Source of the DNA: Naegleria gruberi
Taxonomy: Eukaryota
Reading direction: 5' to 3' (one strand)
Length of the DNA stretch: 64,000 nucleotides
NCBI GenBank assembly: GCA_000004985.1
Contig: GG738854.1
Part shown: positions 55,647 to 64,000 of the stretch, piece by piece
Position numbering within the stretch: the first letter of the stretch is position 1
How the letters are laid out: each line of letters starts with the position of its first letter
Made by a program: the position numbers and the translations under genes
Notes under the pieces: model-generated
What the model was told of the DNA's origin: nothing
The model's input: only the letters and a program-made list of their open reading frames with translations
Database searches by the model: none

Positions 55647-56975
55647 TTAATCAAAAACTTTGAAAATAAATTGCATGAAACGATCAGAATAACTGCTTGG
55701 TGGAACTGTCGAGATGGTAGATGAATCATTCTTCATACTCTTGATATTGTTTGCTGCCTTCTTTCTCAGACCATACTTGGTGAAATAATCAATAAATCCA
55801 AAGTAATAAAATTCCTGAGAGTTTTTGGTGTTGGTAATTATTTGAAATTTGTCTCTTCCTTTTTCATTATTAGATTTGATATGATTTTGAATTGCTTCCA
55901 AAGTTCCCTCTTTTGGTGCCACAATGCCTGTGATGAGGGAATAGTCCATTACTATTTCACAAATTAGAAAGAGTTAGGTAAATTTGGATTATTTGAATTA
56001 CAAACCTTCACATGATGTGAAAAAGTTAACATCCTTCTTGAGTTGGAAAAGCATTTCTATTGACAAATCTTGCCCAATGTGGAACTTCATATTTTCATTA
56101 ATTAAATCCAAATCCTTCTTGATATTTTCTCCTTCCTTTGCAATTCTATCTGTTGTCGATCCTTTCAAATCATAAATCTTATTCATTTCAAAACCAACAT
56201 TAGGATCTTGAAGTTTGGCTCCAGAATTTGCAGTTGTTGGTGATGAAACTGAGCTGACACTCGAAGTTGTAGCAGTTGGTGCCTGGAACAAGTATTTCAT
56301 CACTACAAATCTAAAATCAGAGCCGTCCAATGTAAATTTGTGAAGTCCAAAAACTGGTACAATCAATGTATTTGGTTCATTCTTGATATATTCCATTAAG
56401 AGAGGTAAAATAACATTTCTAATAGTCTTGCTTTCATCCTTTGTCACTGTCTTGATGAGTAATTTCTTATCCTCTGTTACTGCAAACAAGGAACCACTTT
56501 TCCCATTCATTGTCTTCCATTCAAACTTGGTGTGACCTATTGAATTGAAATATTCTCTATCATTCATGCCACATGTTTTTCTCAAGTTTCCAAAATCGAG
56601 AGGACGAAAATCCTTGAATGAAAAAGCTTTGCAACTGTTGGTTTGTTTTTACATCATCACGAATCACATCAGACGTTTGATTGAAGTGCCAAAAAATCCA
56701 ATAATGGCCATGAAAAACCATCACGGATACAGATTATTTTAAATGATTTTACAACCTTTCCAATAAGAAGATTAGTATAATACTTACTCATTAGTCTTTG
56801 GCATCTTTAGTGATTTTTCCTTCTCAACTTCCTTTGCATATTTTTCACCTTCCTCAGCAGTTCTCTTCAATGAATATCTAATCACTGCTTTAATTTTAAG
56901 TTCAATTTCTTTAAAACGTGGTGAGTCCAAGGAGTTGTCACCAGGGCTATTTGTTGTTGGTGTTGAAGCCTTCAT
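55647..56975 (-). CDS. Phosphatidylinositol phosphate kinase (PIPK catalytic domain; small PIP4K/PIP5K-like), 3 exons
   Basis: Exon 1 is 56975..56788 (aaagaaaaATG), intron 56787..56635 (153 nt, GTAAGT..CAACAG, phase 2), exon 2 56634..56006, intron 56005..55952 (54 nt, GTTTGT..AATAG, phase 1) and exon 3 55951..55647. Motifs: FKDFRPLDFGNLRKTCGM, NGKSGSLFAVTEDKKLLIKTV, LLMEYIKNEPNTLIVPVFGLHKF, FRFVVMKYLF, MDYSLITGIV and YYFGFIDYFTKY. About 373 aa. The long first intron contains a coding-like stretch and is the least certain boundary. Confidence 0.7.
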
Positions 56976-57619
56976 TTTTCTTTGTATTTCGTTATTCGAA
57001 ATTGGCCGAAACAGACTTGGGACCTTGTCAGTGTGTTTTGTTTGTTTTTAAAAGAGAAATTGTCTCTTGCTGTTTGTATCGTCTAAAATACAGAGATTCG
57101 TCAAAGTGTGCTCTACAGTTCGCTGTTTTTCCACAACATGAAGAAGAAAATGCACAAAAGGTCTCCTTGTTAATTTTGTAGCACCAATTTATCGAGATGA
57201 CAAACGTCACAATTTTTTTTGGACATGTTTGGTTGAGTATGTGCAACATTCCTGTTTGTGAAGGATAGCAAGGTCCTTAAGGTTTGAGGAAATTGTTTCC
57301 TTTGGAAGTGTTTTGTGTCTATTTACAAATCTTCCTTAGTGGATGCTTAACAGATAAGGACTAAAGGAAAGTAATATTCGGTTGATATTCGAAATGATGT
57401 GTTTACCCTTAACAATGAAAAAATGAGAGGATATTTAGATTTATGTGTGGTTTGAAATAATAGATCTGATCATTTAAGGGAGTTTGATAAGAAATAAACA
57501 AGGCATGTTCATACAATTTTAACTTTGAATAATATCTTTTATTGTTCTTTCAGGAAACTTTGATTCACAAACATTTAAATACATTGTAAGTGATGCTTCC
57601 TCATCACAGAACATTAGCA

Positions 57620-58582
57620 TCATTGAAGAGTTTCAACTCTCCAGCAGAATGCCTCATCTTTTACTCTGGAGAAAAACAATTCCATCTTATTTCTATCATA
57701 CAAATCTTCGTGCTCTTCTTCTTCTTCATATTCATCTGAATAATTAATGAAAGGATAGTTGTATGCTACAGCAAGCTTAATACCCTGACCGTAAGGTAAG
57801 AACTCCAGATAGAGATAGGTTTGATGTTCCTCCACGAAATACATCTTACATGATTCATCATACTTGAGAGTTTTTTGTTTCTTTCTACAAGATTCCTCTC
57901 TGGAAGTTTCTTCTTCATCAATAGCTACAGTTTCATCACTAGCACTTTGTGAATTCACTTCTTGTTCTCTAGTGTTGATTGAAATATCATAAAATCCCTT
58001 CGATATCTTCAATACTGAAATGTTTTCTAAAGGATTTTCTAGATATTGCTTAAAGTGATTATGTAGTTCATCATAACTTTTAAAATCAATTCGTTCTTCA
58101 AAAAAGCCTTCAATCTCAGTATACTCTTTAGGTATTGCAGAGCGAGCCATGCTGTTCGCAAATAGAGTAAACAACATATTTTTAATGCCAATTCCATTCA
58201 TTCCAAAGTTATCTTGAAAAAGTGGTTGGATAGCCTTAACCTTACTCTCATAACATTGCATTCCATTGATGCTCATTGCCTCATAAACAACATATAAACC
58301 AGCAATCATTTCGGAATCAAAGTAACCATAGAATTTCGATTCATTAACAATATTACCAAAGTCTTTCAAAGTGATAAACTCTTCGCCATTTTCATCTTTT
58401 TGAATAGCTGTACAGGATTTAATTTCTCTCAAGAACCAAGCCTGATTTCTTGTAGTCGATTCACTGAGGTATTTTCTAATCTTTTCTACCATTATTTTGC
58501 AATTACCTGTTGCCTTGATAAATTCACTAATATTGCCCATTTTTTTTACTATTGGTTTAATTTCTAGTTTTGCAACGAACAT
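57620..58582 (-). CDS. Hypothetical protein (320 aa)
   Basis: ATG at 58582 (MFVAKLEIKPIV...); intact ORF with an acidic Glu-rich tail (DEYEEEEEHEDLY). No domain recognised. Further 3' exons cannot be excluded. Confidence 0.45.
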   Translation of the reverse strand: MFVAKLEIKPIVKKMGNISEFIKATGNCKIMVEKIRKYLSESTTRNQAWFLREIKSCTAIQKDENGEEFITLKDFGNIVNESKFYGYFDSEMIAGLYVVYEAMSINGMQCYESKVKAIQPLFQDNFGMNGIGIKNMLFTLFANSMARSAIPKEYTEIEGFFEERIDFKSYDELHNHFKQYLENPLENISVLKISKGFYDISINTREQEVNSQSASDETVAIDEEETSREESCRKKQKTLKYDESCKMYFVEEHQTYLYLEFLPYGQGIKLAVAYNYPFINYSDEYEEEEEHEDLYDRNKMELFFSRVKDEAFCWRVETLQ

Positions 58583-58800
58583 CTAATTAACTGCTGTAGA
58601 ATGTTGTTGTGCTATGTATTCGTTCTACGAACAAAATTTTTAGAGTTGAGGAAAAGTAATTTTAATAAATAAATTATCATTCGATTCATTTGTGAATACT
58701 CTTCATTAGATTCCAACTCAACAAAGAAACCCCAAGAAATAGGCAACAAGGAAATAATTAGATGAAAGTTCAAAAGATCATTTATATTGTTTTTCAGTTA

Positions 58801-59565
58801 TTAGAAACTTTTCAATCTTTCATTTACTTGTTCTAAATTGAATTCACCTTCAACCTTCATATTCGTTTCATCAATTTCTCCTCCCTGTCCATCAATGCAA
58901 TAAACCAACCTATTCTCACCCAATGAATTATTCCTTTCTTCCACTAACTTTTCCTGTTTATCACTTTGCAATTCAATATTCACTTTCCACTCCTTTCCAT
59001 AAGTATAGAATAATTGCATTTCTCTATTCTTATCCTCTGCAAATACATCCTGCAATAGGAAGTCATGTTCTTCCTGAATGTGTGGAAAGTGTCGATGCGT
59101 GGCATTCTCACTACTCTCATACGACGGCATTTGGAGAATACTTTTAGTATTTCCATAGAATTTTCCAGAAGAATCAATATAGTAATGAGGATGAATTCGA
59201 TGAGTTTCATTATTCCAATCCAAAGCATCCATTACAATATTGAAAAAATAATGCAAATTGATGGTGGAAGGAACGTGAATCGTTCTGAAAAAGTGTGATA
59301 GATGGGAAACTGAAATTTTGAAAATCAAATAAGGGGATTCAGAGTGATCGATTTTGGAAACCTTGTTGGATGGTTGAGTATGTTCATTGAGTGATTCATC
59401 TTCGATGAATGAGTCTTTTTTGGTGTTGGGACTTGTGTTTTCAATGTTTGCACGCTTTTTATCGATATGATGGGATTCTTGTTCTTGCAGATGTTGTTGG
59501 TGAAGTTCAATTTTGTGAGGCAAGTGGTGATAAACCGAATCCTTTCGAATATTAGAAGTAGACAT
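58801..59565 (-). CDS. Protein with a pRiA4b ORF-3-like domain (PF07929-like) (254 aa)
   Basis: aaaaaaaaATG start. Core SPYLIFKISVSHLSHFFRTIHVPSTINLHYFFNIVMDALDWNNETHRIHPHYYIDSSGKFYG matches the hallmark pattern of that family (L.V.L.g..P.iWRRi.VP...TL.dLH.viQ.a.gW.d.HLh.F...g..yG). Confidence 0.5.
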   Translation of the reverse strand: MSTSNIRKDSVYHHLPHKIELHQQHLQEQESHHIDKKRANIENTSPNTKKDSFIEDESLNEHTQPSNKVSKIDHSESPYLIFKISVSHLSHFFRTIHVPSTINLHYFFNIVMDALDWNNETHRIHPHYYIDSSGKFYGNTKSILQMPSYESSENATHRHFPHIQEEHDFLLQDVFAEDKNREMQLFYTYGKEWKVNIELQSDKQEKLVEERNNSLGENRLVYCIDGQGGEIDETNMKVEGEFNLEQVNERLKSF

Positions 59566-59723
59566 TTTTTTTTAAGGTTTGAAAATCAAATTTAGGAATT
59601 TTCCAACTTTATTTCGTTCAATTTATTCAATGCAAGATTATCTTCAATATTCAAATTAAGATTACAATTTCAAAAATCAAGTTTATTTCAAAATATTAAA
59701 TTTAAAAAAAAATATTGAAATGA

Positions 59724-60764
59724 ATGAACGCTAACACTCACCACACAAAGCCATCAAGAACATCAAGCCTTGAGCAAAAATCTGTGATGAAAACAAATAA
59801 TCACAAAAGCAAGAACAAATCCTATGCTAACGATTCATCCATTGAAAGATTATTAGATGCACTCGATCAGATATTCTCCCTCTTGGAACAATTTTCCTTT
59901 GCCAATATTAGTCATTTCCTATCCATTCCGATGCAATATGTGGGAAAGATTGCGAGTCGATTGGCAATTTCGGGAGGAAAAGTAGGCTCCAATTTATTTG
60001 ATACAGTTTTGGATTTGCTAACGCCAGTTTCTACTCTCTTTGATCAGTATCAAACTTGTATGTATTTGTTTTTGTAATATATAGGAGGAATTTATGAAGG
60101 AATTATTTAATATTAAAAATTAAATAATATTTAATCATCATGATGAAAATTAGATTATGGATATTATAGAGGAAGTTCCTATTTTAATGCAAATGAATTG
60201 GTAGTAACGAGGATTTATAATTATTTGGAACGACAAATTGTTGGAGTGATGGAAAAATTCAAGAATTACTTTTCATCACAATCGAATGCAAACAAATTTG
60301 TGCTGAAGAGTTTCATTGTTGGAGGATTGCTTTTGATTTGGAGATTAATGTATGTCTATTGGAGATTTAAGAGAGATTATGAGAGAAATACATCAGCTAC
60401 AATGTATAATACGAATTTTATTGATGGACATGTTTCACAGACCTATGTTGATGATATGCCACTTGCTGAGAGACTGAAAAGGAGAAGTGAGTGGGAAAGA
60501 GAGAGGAAGGATCCATTCTCTAGATCAAATTCAGATATGGTTTATATGAACTCACCGAAATATTATTTACAAAATCCTTACTTTCCTCTTCAGGTTAGAA
60601 ATAACCCTCCTCAAGAAAGAAACTTTTTCACCTACTATCCTTCCTATAGAAATAGAGTTGAGGATTTGGAGTTTAGAGATGCATCATCCACCATTAATCG
60701 TTCAAACAATGGAAATAGAAGAATGAATGAGCACCGAACAGAACCTATACATCCTATAATGTAA
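59724..60764 (+). CDS. Hypothetical single-pass membrane protein, 2 exons, Y/G/N-rich
   Basis: Exon 1 is 59724..60057 (aaaaaaaatattgaaATG), the intron is 60058..60153 (96 nt, GTATGT..AAATTAG, phase 1) and exon 2 is 60154..60764. TM helix FVLKSFIVGGLLLIWRLMYVYW. The TAA stop overlaps the ATG of the next ORF (60764..60976) in the sequence TAATGG. Confidence 0.45.
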
Positions 60765-60976
60765 TGGAAGATGTTATGGAAAGGGATAGAAATCTGGTAG
60801 GATTGAGGAGAAGATCTCCAAATGATCCTTCTTCAGGAAATTCAAATGGCACATATCCAATGTTTTCACAACAACAGCAAGCATACTCTAATTCTTTTAA
60901 CCAATATGGAAATGGATATGGATCCTATGAAGGTTTTAATAATAATTATGGAGATGGATATGGATATTCAATCTAA
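60764..60976 (+). CDS. Gly/Tyr/Asn/Gln-rich ORF (70 aa); possibly the frameshifted C-terminal continuation of the preceding gene
   Basis: MEDVMERDRNLVGLRRRSPNDPSSGNSNGTYPMFSQQQQAYSNSFNQYGNGYGSYEGFNNNYGDGYGYSI*, a prion-like composition. It starts 1 nt inside the upstream stop codon. Confidence 0.3.
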   Translation: MEDVMERDRNLVGLRRRSPNDPSSGNSNGTYPMFSQQQQAYSNSFNQYGNGYGSYEGFNNNYGDGYGYSI

Positions 60977-61068
60977 TTGATGCACATAACGAATAATTGA
61001 AATAGTGTTTATTATTTACATTGGACGATTAATTTACATTTGCTTAGTGATCATATGGGCTAGAAGGT

Positions 61069-61530
61069 TTAGTTTAGTTTAAATTTCAGAATAGATTCCA
61101 TGTCGACATCTAAAAATGAGTACCTTCTTCCCACGTATGCTCCATTTTGCTGCTCTGAAGCGTGAGAATCACTAGATGTATTAGATTGGTTACTTAATTC
61201 TGACATGGTACATTCGTCTATGATCTGATTATCGTCCTCGTTTGTATTTGCGAGTAACGAAAAGTTGGGGCTTCCACCAAATGAGGATTTACTGTTTTCA
61301 CACTTGTCACTCTTTGCAAAATTTGAGGATACAACACTCATGGTATCACGTGTCACTATTGATTGCTTTCTCTTGAGTGTCTTTTTGGTTTTGTTAATCT
61401 TTGAGTTATTGGGAAATGAGTAGGAATGCAGGTTCTTATCTACTTGCTCAGAGGTATTGGATGTTGGAACTATGGTTGTAGCTGGTAATCCCATCATTGC
61501 AGGGTTTGCTGGTTGATGATTTAATGCCAT
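61069..61530 (-). CDS. Hypothetical Ser/Asn-rich protein (153 aa)
   Basis: aaaaaaaagaATG start; ORF MALNHQPANPAMMGLPATTIVPTSN... Low to moderate complexity. Confidence 0.4.
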   Translation of the reverse strand: MALNHQPANPAMMGLPATTIVPTSNTSEQVDKNLHSYSFPNNSKINKTKKTLKRKQSIVTRDTMSVVSSNFAKSDKCENSKSSFGGSPNFSLLANTNEDDNQIIDECTMSELSNQSNTSSDSHASEQQNGAYVGRRYSFLDVDMESILKFKLN

Positions 61531-61733
61531 TCTTTTTTTTGTGGAAAAGTCAAAGCAGCCAGACAGTTATTTTAAACCGTGACCCAATGTGTTACTTAGT
61601 ACGGATAACGTATGGGTGATTAAAAAAGTACTGTTCCTGTTTGTTTGTTGTACAAGTTGAGTAATTTCTCAAAATTGATTGAAAACCCAAAAGCTAACAG
61701 AAAGCTAAAAATAAGTTTATTTTCTTATCCTTA

Positions 61734-63021
61734 TTACTTTTCTGGTTTTGGTGATTCTAAATTTCTGAGGAACTCTTCCTCTTTGCTTGAAGGTGGACAA
61801 ATAGAATTATTCAATGTGACAAAATCACCTTGATTATACAAACTCACTACAACAAACCAATTTCCATCAGCAAGTTCTTTTGTTAGACCATCAAAAGCAA
61901 CACCCATACTTCTTCCATTTCTGAAATATTCAACATAACCTAATGCTGTGTTTATATAAATACCAATTCTGTCACCTCTTTCACAACGTTCTCCATAATC
62001 CACTTGAGTCTTTTTTGAATACTTTTTCATTGACCAAACATTATATCCGTATGAGTTGGCAATAAATCCAACAGTCCATGAATCATTACTATTATTTTGG
62101 TTTGAAGTTTGTAAGAAAAATTCAACTAAATACATACAAATATGATGTTTTTTGTTTGCTGATACCAATTACAATATTGAAATTCTTAGTACTCTCAATT
62201 GTTACTTCATAATAATTCTTAATGTGGTATTTCAGTAATTTCATATTTCCGTAATATGTTGACAATTTTGAAGCTGTTATTTGTAATTCGTCTATTCTTT
62301 CATTTTCGAATGGTTTGTAAGATCCTACGGATGGTGATGTAATTTCTGGTCCAAGATAATTATTACCATCAGCACCAGCAACTTTGAGAATGTAATTATT
62401 ACTTGATGGAAACCCATTCACTTCCTCACTATCAGCAAAACATTCTTCCTCGATCTCTGGTTTTTCATCCAAATAACTCCAATCATCCATTTCAGAAGGT
62501 TGAGAGGACGAATAGTCCATAGCAATAATTGGATACCTTGCTGATACACTGTACCAATTCTTTCCAGTAGATTCCTTGCATATTAAGGTTTTTCCTCCAT
62601 CCACAACTACAACATTTGGGTGGCAGTTTGCCATTTGGAATCTCTTCTTTAAAAGCCACTTTTGAACAGTAAAGTAATCCACCAATTCTGTTAATCCATA
62701 ATATGATGCTTCCAATTGAACAGCCTTGGCAGTTACTGGTTGATACTTTACAGAAGGCAACATTGTAAGTGATAAATTACCTCCATTTCTCAAGTAATTC
62801 AAAAGGAAATGAAAATATGTTCCATCCCGATCAATAAATATATTTCCATCTCTATCTCGATCAACAGGGTGTCTTCCATTTGTCATTGAAGCCAACACAT
62901 GTTCCAGGTCATTCTTTCCAACCTGTTGAGTCAATGTAAATCTACTCGTAGTAAATAATTTACCACCCACATTCAATGTAATAACAGAAGGTTCCGACAA
63001 ATCAGCCGATAACAAGGACAT
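61734..63021 (-). CDS. BTB (T1/KCTD-type) plus SPRY domain protein, 2 exons
   Basis: Exon 1 is 63021..62138 (true ATG 63021, MSLLSADLSEPSV), the intron is 62137..62089 (49 nt, GTATGT..AATAG, phase 2) and exon 2 is 62088..61734. T1-type BTB: ITLNVGGKLFTTSRFTLTQ...NIFIDRDGTYFHFLLNYLRNG. SPRY: ..SWTVGFIANSYGYNVW..GDRIGIYINTALGYVEYFRNGRSMGVAFDGL..VVSLYNQGD.. About 423 aa. Confidence 0.65.
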
Positions 63022-63608
63022 ATTAAAAATTAATGTAATATTATAATACAACGCAATCAGATGATTAAATATTTTACAACAACAAGACGTGAGGGAGAGA
63101 AGGTCCTAGGTAGACGTCGTCTTGTGTAGGCAATTTTTTTAGGCTTTGATTTATTAATAATTCGGAGGAGAGAAGCTTATTAGAGAGGAAGTACCTTTGT
63201 ACAGTTTTTCTCCACAACAAGAATAAGATTGAGGGTTTTAGCAATTAATCGATGAAGTAGTACTGGATGAGGTGTATTGATTTTTTCAGTACTTGGATTG
63301 GACAAGTTCATTTCAAAGATTGGTCCATTCGAGATGAAGCATCAATAATATCTATCTGTTGTATTGGTGTTGCCTTAAGGGGCAGGTATGATCGAATATA
63401 TTTTTGCATTACTAATAGCAAAGAGAGTTGAGTGTTCTTGTTGATAGAAGTAAAGCTGTTTACTTTTTTCGCTTTTAATTGTTGTTTTCCAAATATTTTC
63501 AAAATAAATTAATTAATTGTATGATGATGATTGTAATCCTAAATAATTTTCTATTCCTTTCATCAATATTAATTCCAATTTAATTTTCTCATCTAAGTGA
63601 TAATAAAT

Positions 63609-63929
63609 CTATTGCTTGTTGTGCTCGGAAGGAGTTTTGGCTTTAATAGAAAGAGCATGCAAACCACTCTTAAATTCCTCAGCAACAGCATCATTCACCA
63701 TACGATGACGTTCCAATAACCTCTTTCCTTGAAAGCTCTCACTCACAACAAGTAAATCAAAGTGAGTTTCTCCTGCACCTCCCGAATGTCTTGTTTCAGC
63801 ATGGTGAGCATGTCTATGTGATTGGTCTTCAAATTCCAACACGATTGGATTCAACTTTTCAGTGATTGCCTTTTGCATACGTAAGAGTCTTGTTGTTACT
63901 TGTGTGGCTTGGCTCATGATTTTGTTCAT
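63609..63929 (-). CDS. BolA-family protein (106 aa)
   Basis: caaaaatATG start. Motifs LEFEDQSHRHAHHAE..GETHFDLLVVSESFQGKRLLERHRMVNDAV..HALSIKAKTPSE are the BolA signature (vHvEVeDeSh.H....HF.l.ivS..F.G.....RHR.V...L.....HALsi...TP.E). Confidence 0.8.
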   Translation of the reverse strand: MNKIMSQATQVTTRLLRMQKAITEKLNPIVLEFEDQSHRHAHHAETRHSGGAGETHFDLLVVSESFQGKRLLERHRMVNDAVAEEFKSGLHALSIKAKTPSEHNKQ

Positions 63930-64000
63930 TATTTTTGATTGTTGAAATTGATGGGATTATCCTCATCCAAAAATTTATTATTATCTGATGACGATGGATT

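Noticed and set aside
56545-56742. Plus-strand ORF inside the 153-nt first intron of the PIPK gene, and a 28-codon open minus-strand frame in the same region
   Set aside because: Neither can be spliced in frame to the flanking PIPK exons. Kept as intronic, though this is the least certain intron.
1-64000. CRISPR arrays, rRNA genes, prokaryotic operons or terminators, transposase or reverse-transcriptase ORFs
   Set aside because: No direct-repeat/spacer periodicity, no rDNA-like conserved blocks, no RT/integrase/transposase motifs and no long terminal or inverted repeats were seen. All genes are monocistronic eukaryotic units with spliceosomal introns.

Overview
This window is nuclear DNA from an AT-rich (about 70% A+T), very gene-dense unicellular eukaryote. 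It is not a prokaryotic locus: I found no operons, CRISPR arrays, rRNA genes or recognisable transposons.

Evidence on organism: most start codons sit in an A-rich AAAAATG context, and many proteins carry N/Q/S/T-rich or acidic low-complexity tails. Spliceosomal introns are very short (37-153 nt, mostly 37-70) with GTAAGT-like donors and AG acceptors. Intergenic spacers are often under 300 bp and reach down to 1-61 bp. These traits, plus an animal/Dictyostelium-type deoxynucleoside kinase, point to an amoebozoan (dictyostelid-like) protist rather than a fungus. The TTG/AAG/AGA/GGT codon bias of the ribosomal protein gene does not match Dictyostelium discoideum, so the species is unresolved.

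I reconstructed about 35 protein-coding genes, many with hand-derived exon/intron structures anchored to the supplied ORF track, and two tRNA genes. The clearest are ribosomal protein L8/uL2, HIRA, RRS1, DPP3, pirin, RluA-family pseudouridine synthase, 7TM-RGS, Rab23-like GTPase, IMPACT, a dCK/dGK-type kinase, TRM10, VPS18, VPS34, a PIPK, BolA, tRNA-Trp(CCA) and tRNA-Ala(AGC).

Most notable observations:
1. Two coding micro-exons of 4 nt (Rab23-like gene) and 5 nt (deoxynucleoside kinase) restore the conserved WDTAGQEEF and GSGKTT motifs.
2. VPS18, VPS34 and a PIP kinase form a same-strand cluster with a Rab23-like gene nearby.
3. Three tandem F-box paralogues sit together, one of them frameshifted.
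4. A half-tRNA fragment lies directly after a stop codon, upstream of an intact tRNA-Ala.

The ORF track uses non-ATG codons as M, so I re-derived true ATG starts. Hand-derived exon boundaries could be off by 1-2 nt.
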